From positions 22-64,021 of the forward strand of contig CAYXSY010000008.1 in the NCBI GenBank assembly GCA_964467905.1: DNA of 64,000 nucleotides, written 5' to 3'. This DNA is from an uncultured Planctomycetales bacterium. Lineage in GTDB: Bacteria; Omnitrophota; Gorgyraeia; Gygaellales; Profunditerraquicolaceae. Positions 45,363 to 55,212 of this stretch are shown here, piece by piece. The notes under the pieces were generated by a model, which ran no database searches, had not been told where the DNA came from, and saw only the letters and a program-made list of their open reading frames with translations. The position numbers and the translations under genes were made by a program. Positions within the stretch are counted from its first letter, which is position 1; every line of letters begins with the position of its first letter.

Positions 45363-45929
45363 ATGTCGAGAAAAAAGAAAGCCGGACTTTTCTATTTAAT
45401 CTGGTCTGATTTTGAAAAAAGGGCTGAAGTCGAACAGAAAAGATTTACTGCCTATTATTTGCTTACTTTGTTGTTTAATCAGCCTATGCTTTGTGTATTT
45501 CTCTACAGGATTTCTCACGCTTTCTATAAACATAGGCTTTTATTCTTTGCGAGGTTGTTGGCGTCATTTAATAGCTATATTTGTAAGATTTTTATTGATC
45601 CAAGCGTTGATATAGGAGAACGGTTTTCAGTAACTCATCCGTTTTGTATTGTTATCCAAAGAAGCGCTGTTATAGGTAGCAATGTTATTATATGTCAGGG
45701 GACAGATATCGGCATCGGCCATGGCAAGAATATTAATTTCAGTGGTGGTGTTGCGATAGGTGATAATACTATGATCTTTAGCGGGGTTAAAATATATGCG
45801 AATACCGTAATAGGCAATAATGTCCAGATTGGAGTAAATAGTGTTGTTTTAGATTCTATTCCCGATAATGCCTTGGCAGTTGGAGCTCCTGCGCGTGTAG
45901 TTAGAATTAACCAAAACAACAAAATATAA
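45363..45929 (+). CDS. LbH O-acetyltransferase, paralogue 2
   Basis: ATG 45363. GLFYLIWSDFEKRAE; IGSNVIICQGTDIG...IGNNVQIGVNSVV. Confidence 0.7.
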   Translation: MSRKKKAGLFYLIWSDFEKRAEVEQKRFTAYYLLTLLFNQPMLCVFLYRISHAFYKHRLLFFARLLASFNSYICKIFIDPSVDIGERFSVTHPFCIVIQRSAVIGSNVIICQGTDIGIGHGKNINFSGGVAIGDNTMIFSGVKIYANTVIGNNVQIGVNSVVLDSIPDNALAVGAPARVVRINQNNKI

Positions 45930-45938
45930 GAGGAAGAT

Positions 45939-46496
45939 ATGAGTAAAAACCAGAGAGGGCTTTTTTATTTAATCCGATCTGATTTTAAGCGGCGCGCAGA
46001 GATTGACGGTGAAAATAGAATCTATCCGTATTTATTTTCCTTATTTCTAAACCAATCACTTTTAGGGGTTGTTATATATCGATGCTCACATTTTTGTTAC
46101 CAAAAGAAGCTCTATGGTTTGGCAAAAATAGGTGCACTTTTATCTCAGAACCTATGCTGTATGAGTATTGATCCCAGGACAGAGATAGGAGAAAAGTTCT
46201 GTGTTGCGCATTCATTCGGGGTGTATATCTTTGGCAGCGCGACAATAGGTAATAACGTTACAGTATACCAGGGGGTAACGATAACAATCGGCCCAAGAAA
46301 AGATATGCGTCCTGACGACAGAGTAATAATTGAAGATAACGTTTCAATTTACGCTATGGCTACTATCGTGGGGAACATAAGGATAGGAAAGAATTCTAAG
46401 ATAGGCGCAAATGTGTTTTTGAAGAAAACTGTACCGGAGAATTCGGTTGTTGTGGCTCCCGATCCGATAATAATCGCTCGCGATAGCCATAGCTAA
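45939..46496 (+). CDS. LbH O-acetyltransferase, paralogue 3 (more divergent)
   Basis: GLFYLIRSDFKRRAE; IGNNVTVYQGVTI...IGKNSKIGANVFL. Confidence 0.7.
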   Translation: MSKNQRGLFYLIRSDFKRRAEIDGENRIYPYLFSLFLNQSLLGVVIYRCSHFCYQKKLYGLAKIGALLSQNLCCMSIDPRTEIGEKFCVAHSFGVYIFGSATIGNNVTVYQGVTITIGPRKDMRPDDRVIIEDNVSIYAMATIVGNIRIGKNSKIGANVFLKKTVPENSVVVAPDPIIIARDSHS

Positions 46497-46511
46497 CAGT
46501 ATATAAGTCAT

Positions 46512-47465
46512 ATGAGTCAGATTAAAATGTCTTTTATTGTGGTCAATTGGAATACCAAGGCATTAGCCGAGCAATGCATAGCTTCAATATTTAATTCTTG
46601 GCTTAAGGGAGAATTCGAGATAATCCTTGTTGATAATGGGTCTACTGACGGCTCGGTTGATTATTTACTCAGCAAATTTAGCGAATTAATTGTGATTAAG
46701 AATCAAAGCAATCTTGGTTTCGCCAAGGCAAATAACCAAGGCCTGCAGGTTGCAAGGGGAGAATTCGCAGTTTTAACTAATTCTGACGTTGTTGTAAACA
46801 AAAAAGCAATTGGGGTTATTTTGGATTTCTTGGCTCAAAATAATGATGCGGGAGTAGTAGGCTGCAATTTAATTAACGGACATACGCGTAAGATTCAAAA
46901 GTTTTCTTTTGGTTATAGGCCGACTACCCTCAGGGCGATTAATCAATTCCTCGGGTTGTTTAATCTATCAAGATACATTCGTTTTTTTCGCGGGATTAAT
47001 TCTGTTTCGGTTGAGAGAGGATCGCCGTTTGTTGTCGATTGGGTATCTGGGGCTTATATGTTTGTAAAGATGTCCGCTTACCGTATGGTCGGTGGTTTAA
47101 AAGAAGACTATTTTTTTTATGTGGAAGATATGGAATGGTGCATACGCTTGCAAAACAACGGTTGGAAAATATATTTTATTCCGGAAGTAAGCGTTATCCA
47201 TTTCTTAGGAGGAAGTCAAAAAACACACGAACAGAGAATGGCTATGTCGCGTAATTGGTATGAAAATTTGCGTAGTTTCTTCATGGAAAAACACTCAAGG
47301 ACGCAGGGATTTATTTTTGATTTATTTGCATTATTTGGTTTTAGTTTACGGTATTTAGTTGCCAGGATTAAGGATGCGCTAACTGGAGGAGATGGCGGAT
47401 TCTCAATTTCTTCTAATTTGGCAATAGCAAGGGCTGCCGTTGCTCATATATTAAAGATAAAGTAG
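46512..47465 (+). CDS. Glycosyltransferase family 2 (rhamnosyltransferase-like)
   Basis: SFIVVNWNT, VDNGSTDGS, NSDV, YVEDMEWCIR. Confidence 0.8.
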   Translation: MSQIKMSFIVVNWNTKALAEQCIASIFNSWLKGEFEIILVDNGSTDGSVDYLLSKFSELIVIKNQSNLGFAKANNQGLQVARGEFAVLTNSDVVVNKKAIGVILDFLAQNNDAGVVGCNLINGHTRKIQKFSFGYRPTTLRAINQFLGLFNLSRYIRFFRGINSVSVERGSPFVVDWVSGAYMFVKMSAYRMVGGLKEDYFFYVEDMEWCIRLQNNGWKIYFIPEVSVIHFLGGSQKTHEQRMAMSRNWYENLRSFFMEKHSRTQGFIFDLFALFGFSLRYLVARIKDALTGGDGGFSISSNLAIARAAVAHILKIK

Positions 47466-47467
47466 TC

Positions 47468-48598
47468 ATGAAAATAGGCATAGATGCACATATCTTAGGT
47501 AAAAATAAGGGTGGAGTAGAGGTTTATCTTTTTAATTTGATAAGAAGATTACAAGAGATAGATCGTAAGAATTCTTATGTTGTGTATCTGAATCCTGCTT
47601 ATGACAAGAGACATATTGATGCAGGGAGCAGTAATTTCTCTTTTAAAAATATAGCTTTTCATAGCCCATGGCTAAGGTATTCTCTTTCTTTACCATTTAC
47701 TGCTCTAAAGGATAAAGTAGATATTTTGCATACACAAAGAGCTGTTCCGTTATGGTTTAATAATAAGCGCGTTATTCTGACCATACATGACGTTGCGCAT
47801 GAAGTAGCAGGCAGTGGGTTTGATATAATCAACAGGCTGATTTTACGGAATATAATTAAATCTAGCGCCAGAGCAGCAGCTAGGATTATTACCGTGTCCG
47901 AGAATTCCAAGAAAGAAATCGTCAAATATTTTATGGTTCCGGAAGAAAGAATTACCTTAGCTTATAACGGAATCAATGCCCAGAATTTTGATTTTAACCC
48001 GGTATATTATGCCAATATAGCGGATGAATATAAGATAAGGCAACCATTTTTGCTTTCAATCGGGGCTATTGAACCAAGGAAGAATCTGGAAGCCATAGTA
48101 GAGATAACCTCTTTGCTTAAGAAAAGGTTGAGATTCGGAGGCTCGGTAGTAGTGATGGGCGGAAGTAGGAGTGGAGGAAGGTCTGGATACTACGCTGGCA
48201 TAAAAAAGTTGATGGAGGAAAAAGAGCTACAGCCAGGCGACCTTGTTTTTACCGGATACCAAAGTAATGAATTCAAGAATACGTTGCTTTCAAGGGCGGT
48301 AGCGTTGATTCAGCCTTCTTTTTATGAAGGGTTTGGTATACCAGTCTTGGAAGGGATGAGTTTCGGTATTCCGCTGGTGCTGTCAAGGATCCCCGTTTTC
48401 CTAGAGCTATTTGGTAATTGCGCTTTATTTGCTGACCCTTATAAGCCCGAGGAATTCTTTAATCAGATTAGCGCATTGTTTGACAATAAAGATTTAACGC
48501 TGGAATTAAAAAGAAAAGAGTCAGCAGAGATTGCTAGGTTCGGATGGGATAAAACAGCGATGAGGCATATAGAGGCTTATATGTCTTTTGGTATTTGA
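47468..48598 (+). CDS. Glycosyltransferase family 4 (GT-B)
   Basis: PSFYEGFGIPVLEGMSFGIPLV (E-x7-E). Confidence 0.8.
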   Translation: MKIGIDAHILGKNKGGVEVYLFNLIRRLQEIDRKNSYVVYLNPAYDKRHIDAGSSNFSFKNIAFHSPWLRYSLSLPFTALKDKVDILHTQRAVPLWFNNKRVILTIHDVAHEVAGSGFDIINRLILRNIIKSSARAAARIITVSENSKKEIVKYFMVPEERITLAYNGINAQNFDFNPVYYANIADEYKIRQPFLLSIGAIEPRKNLEAIVEITSLLKKRLRFGGSVVVMGGSRSGGRSGYYAGIKKLMEEKELQPGDLVFTGYQSNEFKNTLLSRAVALIQPSFYEGFGIPVLEGMSFGIPLVLSRIPVFLELFGNCALFADPYKPEEFFNQISALFDNKDLTLELKRKESAEIARFGWDKTAMRHIEAYMSFGI

Positions 48599-49434
48599 AA
48601 ATAAGAGAGAGGGAAATGAAAAAAGCCATCGGAAGATTATTGAACGCATTTTTTAGATTATTTGGTTTGCGGATTTGCACAATTAATACGCTTAATAACA
48701 TTTCTGCAGATGTTAGGGCCAAACAAAAAGAGGCTATCCAGGAATTGGAGGGGTGTTTTCGTGAAACTTTATTCAAGAATTTACCAGCTTGCGATAGCAG
48801 GGTAGATTTGCTCGGTAGGCTTACCGGAACAAACGTCAGCGAGGCCTTATATATAATAGAATTTCTTCATATGTCTATGAAAAACGATGGGGATATCTGC
48901 GAGTTTGGCATTGCCGATGGTACTACCTCTACTTTGTTAGCGAATGAGATATCTAAAACAAATAAGAATATTTGGTTGTTTGATTCTTTTAAAGGATTGC
49001 CTAAACCGACCAGCAAGGATGTGCTAATTGATGATGTCCTCAATCTAGGCGAAATGTCTAAATATGAGGGGATGATGTCATATTCGGTTAACGAAGTGAA
49101 GTTAAGATTAGATAGCATTTCTTTCCCTGACGATAGAGTAAAGATAGTGCCTGGTTTTATCGAGGATACGATTAAAACAAAGAAATTACCTGACAAGGTA
49201 TGTTTTTCATATGTTGACTTTGATTTTTATAATCCTATTTTGGTAGCACTTAGGTTTCTAGGCGAGCATCTGGTTGACGGCGGGTTTATTGTTGTGGATG
49301 ATTACGATTATTTTTCATCAGGAGCTAAAACTGCCGTAGAAGAATTCTTAAAGGAACAAAATGGGAAGTTTACCATCATTCTCCCGCATAAGTTCGCAGG
49401 ACACTTTTGTATCTTAGAGAAAAGGATTGTATGA
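48595..49434 (+). CDS. TylF/MycF-like SAM-dependent O-methyltransferase
   Basis: GDICEFGIADGTTS, LFDSFKGLP, YVDFDFYNP...GGFIVVDDY. Confidence 0.7.
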   Translation: MKIREREMKKAIGRLLNAFFRLFGLRICTINTLNNISADVRAKQKEAIQELEGCFRETLFKNLPACDSRVDLLGRLTGTNVSEALYIIEFLHMSMKNDGDICEFGIADGTTSTLLANEISKTNKNIWLFDSFKGLPKPTSKDVLIDDVLNLGEMSKYEGMMSYSVNEVKLRLDSISFPDDRVKIVPGFIEDTIKTKKLPDKVCFSYVDFDFYNPILVALRFLGEHLVDGGFIVVDDYDYFSSGAKTAVEEFLKEQNGKFTIILPHKFAGHFCILEKRIV

Positions 49435-50927
49435 AGAATTTAATTTATATTTTTGTAGTTTTTATTGCGTTAGGGTGCTCTAGGGCAGAGACTCTGCGCT
49501 ACACGGTTAACGTGGATGTAAGCAAGAACATAAAAACTATAAATAAAAATATCTTCGGTTTTAATTTAGAATGGATTGAGGATGGTAATTTTATTTGGGA
49601 TGCGAGTGAAGAGAAACCAAACAAAGCCATCTTCAGGAGCGTAAGCGAGCTTAGGCCTTCTATATTGAGATTCCCCGGTGGAGTATTTTCTGACTTTTAC
49701 CACTGGAATAGTGGGGTAGGTGATAGTGATAACAGAAAGAGGGCACAACCTTCTCCTTTTGACGGGAGGGTTTTTGATAATGTGTTCGGGACTAAAGAAT
49801 TTCTGGATTTCTGCCGGGGGTTGGGTGCAGAGCCACTTATTACTGTGAATGTCGGTACAGGTACCAGCGAAGAGGCAGCAGATTGGGTGCGCTATTGTAA
49901 TATCTCAAATAAAATTAAGCCGGTAAGAATATGGGAATTAGGTAATGAACTTTATATTAATTCTGATGAAGGCAGCCGTAGTATTTCCATAACGCCGCAA
50001 GTGTATTTTGAGAAAATTAAGGAATTTTCTATTGCAATGGAAAAGGCTGATCCTTCAATAAAGATTATGGCGATTGGAGGTAAAAACACAGGCCTATATA
50101 ATATTAACTACTATCCTGATTGGGATGAGCTTATTTTAAGAAACGCTAGCGATAAAATTGATTATTTGGCTGTGCACAATGCTTATTATCCCGCAGTAGT
50201 CGATAGTAACGATTATCCTGTAAAAGATGTATACAAAGCGCTTTTTGGGGCGAATAAGCTTATCAAGGAGAATATAGACGCGCTGAATAAAGAAATAGCT
50301 ACTTTTGCTCCTCTTTATAAAGATAAGATTAAGATTGCTGTTACCGAGTGGGGGCCGTTGTTTAGCTGGGCGCCAGACAGCCCTTATCGTGACCAGACGC
50401 GCAGTCTAGGTTCGGCTATATACATAGCTTTAGTTTTAAAAACATTTATCACCAGTGATAATGTAGAAATAGCTAATTTTTTCAAACTCTCGGGCTCAGA
50501 TTTTATGGCTCTTATCCAAAAAGATAAGAAATCTCCTGCGTATTATGCATTCCAGATGTTTAGCAGCGATTTCGGCGATATTCTGCTGGATACATCATGT
50601 GGTTCTCCAAGTTATTCTACGGATAAACGCGTGGGGATAATCCCGCCGTTAAAAGATATACCTTTACTGGAGTCTATTGCAACTAAAGATAAAGAAGGCA
50701 ATGTATATATTATCCTGATTAATAAAGATTTGGATTCATCTCATAGTTGCTTAATATCTCTTAATGATAAATCCAGTTATGTAGGCAATGCTACTATTCT
50801 CACGGGTAACAGTGTTGATTCTCAAGACCCGATTTTAGAGAGCAAGAAGATTTTCGGCAAGGGGCAGATTAATTATCTTATACCCGCACATTCTATTGTT
50901 AAAATAAAGCTTAAAGCCATAAAATGA
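49431..50927 (+). CDS. Lipoprotein glycoside hydrolase, clan GH-A (GH51/GH39/GH79-like)
   Basis: ATG 49431 (ATGA overlap). Lipobox FIALGCS, LRFPGGVFSDFYHWNSGVG, WELGNE, AVTEWG. Confidence 0.6.
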   Translation: MKNLIYIFVVFIALGCSRAETLRYTVNVDVSKNIKTINKNIFGFNLEWIEDGNFIWDASEEKPNKAIFRSVSELRPSILRFPGGVFSDFYHWNSGVGDSDNRKRAQPSPFDGRVFDNVFGTKEFLDFCRGLGAEPLITVNVGTGTSEEAADWVRYCNISNKIKPVRIWELGNELYINSDEGSRSISITPQVYFEKIKEFSIAMEKADPSIKIMAIGGKNTGLYNINYYPDWDELILRNASDKIDYLAVHNAYYPAVVDSNDYPVKDVYKALFGANKLIKENIDALNKEIATFAPLYKDKIKIAVTEWGPLFSWAPDSPYRDQTRSLGSAIYIALVLKTFITSDNVEIANFFKLSGSDFMALIQKDKKSPAYYAFQMFSSDFGDILLDTSCGSPSYSTDKRVGIIPPLKDIPLLESIATKDKEGNVYIILINKDLDSSHSCLISLNDKSSYVGNATILTGNSVDSQDPILESKKIFGKGQINYLIPAHSIVKIKLKAIK

Positions 50928-52087
50928 AAATAGCTCTTTATTATCCTTGGATTTATTTAAAAGGCGGAATAGAAAAAGTTATATTAGAAACTATTAAGAG
51001 AAGCCGCCATGAGTGGGTGATTTTTACCAATCATTATTGCCCGGAAACGACATTTACAGAGTTCGCAGATTTTAAAATTAATGAATTCAAGAAAGTGCCT
51101 GTAGACAGGGGTTTCTTCAGTGTGTTTAAGGCCGCGCTGACAGTGTATAAACAGAAGATAAACCTTGATGTATACGATATTCTTTTTGTGCATTCCGATG
51201 GCGTAGGCGATTTTATTACTTTTAGGAACCATGCAAAGCCGGCTTTGTGTTTTTGCCATACGCCGTTGCGTATATTTTTTGATCCCTATTACAGGCAGGG
51301 CTATCTTAAGGGAAAGTCTTTTTTAAAGCGCGTACTGTTAAAGCTTTTTTCTTTACCCTTTAAGTTTATTGATAGGCTCGCCTGGAAGAATTACGGGCAT
51401 GTTTTTGTCAATAGCAGGGAGGTTCTAGGGAGGGTAGTAAAGGGGGGCTTGGCTTCGGAGCAGAAAATCCAGGTGCTCCATCCCGGCATAGACTTTTTTG
51501 GGATGAGGCCGTCTTTTGTGTACAATAAATATTTTTTAGTTCCCGGGCGGATTATGTGGACTAAGAATATTGAATTAGCGATTAACGCTTTTATCGAATT
51601 TTGCAAGTCTCCTGGCGCAGATAAAGAGTTTAAGCTGGTTGTGGCCGGTTCGGTTCATCCAAAAAATAAAGATTATCTGCAGAAACTACAGGAATTATCC
51701 AAAAGAGAAGAAGCCCGGATTATTTTTAAGGTGAATATAAGCGACCAGGAATATTATCAGCTATACGATAAGTCTTATGCGGTTTTATTTACTGCTTTTA
51801 ACGAGGACTGGGGAATCATTCCGCTTGAGGCGATGACGTTTGCCAAGCCGGTTATTGCCGTAAACCGCGGAGGGCCTAAGGAAAGCGTGCGTGATAATGA
51901 AAATGGTTTTTTGGTTTCCGCTAGTCCTGTTGAATTCGCAGCTAAAATGCTCAAGCTTGCTTCTGACGAGCAGCTTGTCAGGCGCATGGGGGAGGCCGGT
52001 AGAGCTAATGCTATGGTATATGATTGGGGAGAGTTCGTTAAGACTATTGACGATTATATCGATACCGTAGTAAAAACAAATAACTAA
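50924..52087 (+). CDS. Glycosyltransferase family 4 (GT-B)
   Basis: NEDWGIIPLEAMTFAKPVIAVNRGGPKE. Confidence 0.75.
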   Translation: MKIALYYPWIYLKGGIEKVILETIKRSRHEWVIFTNHYCPETTFTEFADFKINEFKKVPVDRGFFSVFKAALTVYKQKINLDVYDILFVHSDGVGDFITFRNHAKPALCFCHTPLRIFFDPYYRQGYLKGKSFLKRVLLKLFSLPFKFIDRLAWKNYGHVFVNSREVLGRVVKGGLASEQKIQVLHPGIDFFGMRPSFVYNKYFLVPGRIMWTKNIELAINAFIEFCKSPGADKEFKLVVAGSVHPKNKDYLQKLQELSKREEARIIFKVNISDQEYYQLYDKSYAVLFTAFNEDWGIIPLEAMTFAKPVIAVNRGGPKESVRDNENGFLVSASPVEFAAKMLKLASDEQLVRRMGEAGRANAMVYDWGEFVKTIDDYIDTVVKTNN

Positions 52088-52089
52088 TT

Positions 52090-53487
52090 ATGAAAAATAA
52101 TTATGCTGTCATATTAGCCGGTGGGCAAGGTAGCCGTTTTTGGCCGTTATCGCGCATTTTAGAGCCGAAACAGTTTCTTGATTTTCATGGTAAAGAAAAG
52201 ACTCTCTTTGAGCGTACGCTTTTGCGCATTAATCCATTAGTGCCTTCAGGGAATATCTATATTGTCAGCTCGTCAATATACCGCCATCAGATAAAAGAAT
52301 TTGCATATACGTTTGGCATCCCGGATGAAAATCTGCTTTTTGAGCCGCAGGGCAAGAATACAGCAGCTTCTATTTTGCTGGCTGCGCAGGCAATTTATAA
52401 TAACAATAAACTTGCTAATATCTGTGTTTTGCCGTGTGACCATCTGATAAAGAATGCAAAACGGTTTCTGAATATTCTAAAAGAGGCATTTTCTGTATGC
52501 CAAGATAACCTGGTTGTCTTTGGTATCCCCGCTCATAGGCCGGCTACAGGATATGGTTATATTAAGGTGGGGAGAAAATCGGCTTCAGGAAAGAATTGTT
52601 ATGAAGTAGAAGGATTTTTTGAGAAGCCGGATTTGAAAAGGGCGCGTTATTTTGTTAAAATGAGGGTATATTCCTGGAACAGCGGGATTTTTGTTGGAGC
52701 AGCATCTTTATTTATGTCAGAGTTTAAGAAACTGCTTCCGCTTCACTATAAAATTATATCAAAAATAAATCCTTTTAACATAACCGTACAGTTATGGAAT
52801 AAGCTTAAATCAATTTCTTTCGATAAGGGGATACTTGAGAAAACCGATAAGTTGGTAATGATTAAGGCAGAAAATCTCGGTTGGTCAGATTTGGGAAGTT
52901 GGCAGGCTTGGGACGAGTTGGCCAAGAAAGACAAAAACGGCAATTTACTGAATCAGAATTCAATAAATATAGATAATCGAAATCTAACGATAGTAGGGGA
53001 TTCGCGGGTTATAGCTGCTATCGGCCTAAGAGACCTAATCGTTGTGGATACTCCCGATGCCCTTCTTATCACGAAAAAAGACAGGACAGAAGAAGTTAAG
53101 GGGGTAATTGACGCGCTTAAAACTGCCAAGCGCCATGAATACTATACGCATAAGACAGTAAAACGTCCGTGGGGCAGCTATACTGTTTTAGACCAGGGCA
53201 ATGGTTTCAAGGTAAAATTAGTTGAGGTTAGGCCGCATAAGTCTTTAAGCTTGCAGTTTCATAATAGTAGAAGCGAACACTGGGTAGTATTAGAGGGGCA
53301 AGCCAAGATAGTTAAGAATAAGAAGGCATATATCTTTAAGGCACATCAAAGCATAGACGTTCCGGTTAAATGTATTCATCGTTTATCTAATCCGGGTAAG
53401 CATAATTTAAAGATTATAGAGGTGCAGGCAGGCAGATATTTGGAAGAGGACGATATAGTAAGGTTAAAGGATGATTTTAACCGCTAA
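52090..53487 (+). CDS. manC: Mannose-1-phosphate guanylyltransferase / mannose-6-phosphate isomerase (cupin C-terminus)
   Basis: [16 protein letters not shown]-terminal RPWGSYTVL...HWVVLEG cupin. Confidence 0.85.
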   Translation: MKNNYAVILAGGQGSRFWPLSRILEPKQFLDFHGKEKTLFERTLLRINPLVPSGNIYIVSSSIYRHQIKEFAYTFGIPDENLLFEPQGKNTAASILLAAQAIYNNNKLANICVLPCDHLIKNAKRFLNILKEAFSVCQDNLVVFGIPAHRPATGYGYIKVGRKSASGKNCYEVEGFFEKPDLKRARYFVKMRVYSWNSGIFVGAASLFMSEFKKLLPLHYKIISKINPFNITVQLWNKLKSISFDKGILEKTDKLVMIKAENLGWSDLGSWQAWDELAKKDKNGNLLNQNSINIDNRNLTIVGDSRVIAAIGLRDLIVVDTPDALLITKKDRTEEVKGVIDALKTAKRHEYYTHKTVKRPWGSYTVLDQGNGFKVKLVEVRPHKSLSLQFHNSRSEHWVVLEGQAKIVKNKKAYIFKAHQSIDVPVKCIHRLSNPGKHNLKIIEVQAGRYLEEDDIVRLKDDFNR

Positions 53488-53504
53488 TAAAGAAGGATAA
53501 GGTT

Positions 53505-54398
53505 ATGAAAAATAATCCGCGCAGAAAGGCGACAAAAGGCATAATTCTTGCAGGTGGAAGTGCAACAAGGCTATACCCTATAACCAAAGGCGTATGTAAG
53601 CAGTTGCTGCCAGTTTATGATAAGCCGATGATTTATTATCCGTTATCCGTTTTGATGCTTGCCGGCATAAGGGATATCCTTATTATTTCTACGCCTAAAG
53701 ATATCACGAGATTCATGGATTTATTTGGTGATGGCTCCGGGTTAGGCTTGAAGCTATCATACGCAGTACAGCCGAAACCGGAAGGCATTGCTCAGAGTTT
53801 TGTCATAGGAGAAGAATTTATCGGCAAAGATAACGTTTGCCTTATCCTGGGGGATAATATATTCTATGGGTATGAGCTTAGCAAGTTATTGCAGGATTCA
53901 GCTAAGTTAAAAAGTGGCGCAATTGTTTTCGGGTATTATGTTAAAGACCCTAAGCGTTACGGGGTTCTTGAATTTGACAGGAAGCATAAGGTAACCTCTA
54001 TAGAAGAGAAGCCCAAGGTGCCTAAATCCAATTGGGCGGTATCAGGGATATATTTTTACGATAATAATGTGGTAAAAATAGCTAAAAGCATTAAGCCGTC
54101 TGCAAGAGGAGAATTAGAGATTACCAGCGTTAATAATGAATATATTAAGGCAGGCAAACTCAAGGTTAAATTCTTGGGCCGGGGACACGCCTGGCTTGAT
54201 ACGGGCACTTATGAATCGCTGATTAACGCCTCGTTATTTATTAAGACAATTGAAGATAGGCAGGGTTTAAAAGTCGGCTGTATAGAGGAAGTAGCTTACC
54301 GCATGAAATACATCAATAAAAAACAGCTTTTGGATTTGACTAAGCATGTATCTTTTAGTTATGCAGAATATTTAAAGGGGTTACTTAAAAGTGAATAA
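53505..54398 (+). CDS. rfbA: Glucose-1-phosphate thymidylyltransferase
   Basis: [52 protein letters not shown]. Confidence 0.9.
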   Translation: MKNNPRRKATKGIILAGGSATRLYPITKGVCKQLLPVYDKPMIYYPLSVLMLAGIRDILIISTPKDITRFMDLFGDGSGLGLKLSYAVQPKPEGIAQSFVIGEEFIGKDNVCLILGDNIFYGYELSKLLQDSAKLKSGAIVFGYYVKDPKRYGVLEFDRKHKVTSIEEKPKVPKSNWAVSGIYFYDNNVVKIAKSIKPSARGELEITSVNNEYIKAGKLKVKFLGRGHAWLDTGTYESLINASLFIKTIEDRQGLKVGCIEEVAYRMKYINKKQLLDLTKHVSFSYAEYLKGLLKSE

Positions 54399-55212
54399 GA
54401 AAATACTTATCTTAGGCAAAGGTTTTATCGGAGAAAGATTGCAGAAGGCTCTAAAATGCATGATCTGCGGCGATATCATCAATTCATACAGCCAGGCCGA
54501 AAGAATCGTCAATAAATATAAACCTAAAGTTATTATAAATTGCATAGGCCTAACCGGCAAAAACAATGTTGATGATTGTGAATTAGTCAAAGACGATGTT
54601 TTGTTGGCAAACAGCTTTATCCCGATTATGCTTGCAGAAATTGCTTTGAGGCAGGGCATAAAGTTAGTGCATATAAGCAGCGGCTGCATATTTAATTTTG
54701 ATTATAGGACAGATAAACCCATACAGGAAGATAGTGAGAATTATTTTTTTAACCTTTTTTATAGCCGCAGCAAAATCTATGCCGAGCGTGCATTAGAGGC
54801 GCTTTCCAGGGCGCATGATATATTGATTTTAAGGATTAGGATTCCGCTTTTAAACCAGCCGCATCCGAAGAACCTGTTGGATAAGCTGATAAAATATAAA
54901 AAAGTAATAGATGTACCGAATTCAGTGACGTATATCCCTGATTTTGTATCGGCAGTAAAATATCTTATAGGCATAGGCGCTAAAGGTGTCTATAATGTTG
55001 TTAATAAAGGCGGACTTTGCTATCCGAATTTGATGCGTTTATATCAGAAATATGTCCCGGATTTTAAATTTGATGTTATAAGCTTAAAGAAGTTGAGCTT
55101 AGTCAGAACAAACCTGCTTTTGTCTACCAAGAAACTTGAGAAGACAGGTTTTAAGGTCAGGGATATTAACACTATTTTAGAAGAATGCGTAAAAGAATAC
55201 CTAAAATATTAG
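54391..55212 (+). CDS. RmlD-fold 4-reductase, apparently NRS/ER-type (possible bifunctional 3,5-epimerase/4-reductase)
   Basis: GTG start. [44 protein letters not shown] (YxxxK), LRIRIPL...[12 protein letters not shown]. Confidence 0.65.
   Translation: MNKKILILGKGFIGERLQKALKCMICGDIINSYSQAERIVNKYKPKVIINCIGLTGKNNVDDCELVKDDVLLANSFIPIMLAEIALRQGIKLVHISSGCIFNFDYRTDKPIQEDSENYFFNLFYSRSKIYAERALEALSRAHDILILRIRIPLLNQPHPKNLLDKLIKYKKVIDVPNSVTYIPDFVSAVKYLIGIGAKGVYNVVNKGGLCYPNLMRLYQKYVPDFKFDVISLKKLSLVRTNLLLSTKKLEKTGFKVRDINTILEECVKEYLKY

Noticed and set aside
2359-55212. Upstream (mostly non-ATG) ORF-track starts giving N-terminal extensions (9427, 9789, 11055, 17773, 19806, 22326, 24039, 38496, 44774, 45297, 49407)
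   Set aside because: Downstream in-frame ATG codons have better SD spacing. They also avoid long overlaps with the preceding gene or a hairpin, and they expose proper signal peptides or lipoboxes. Coordinates were adjusted accordingly. The exception is 32691, where only the long form gives a signal peptide.
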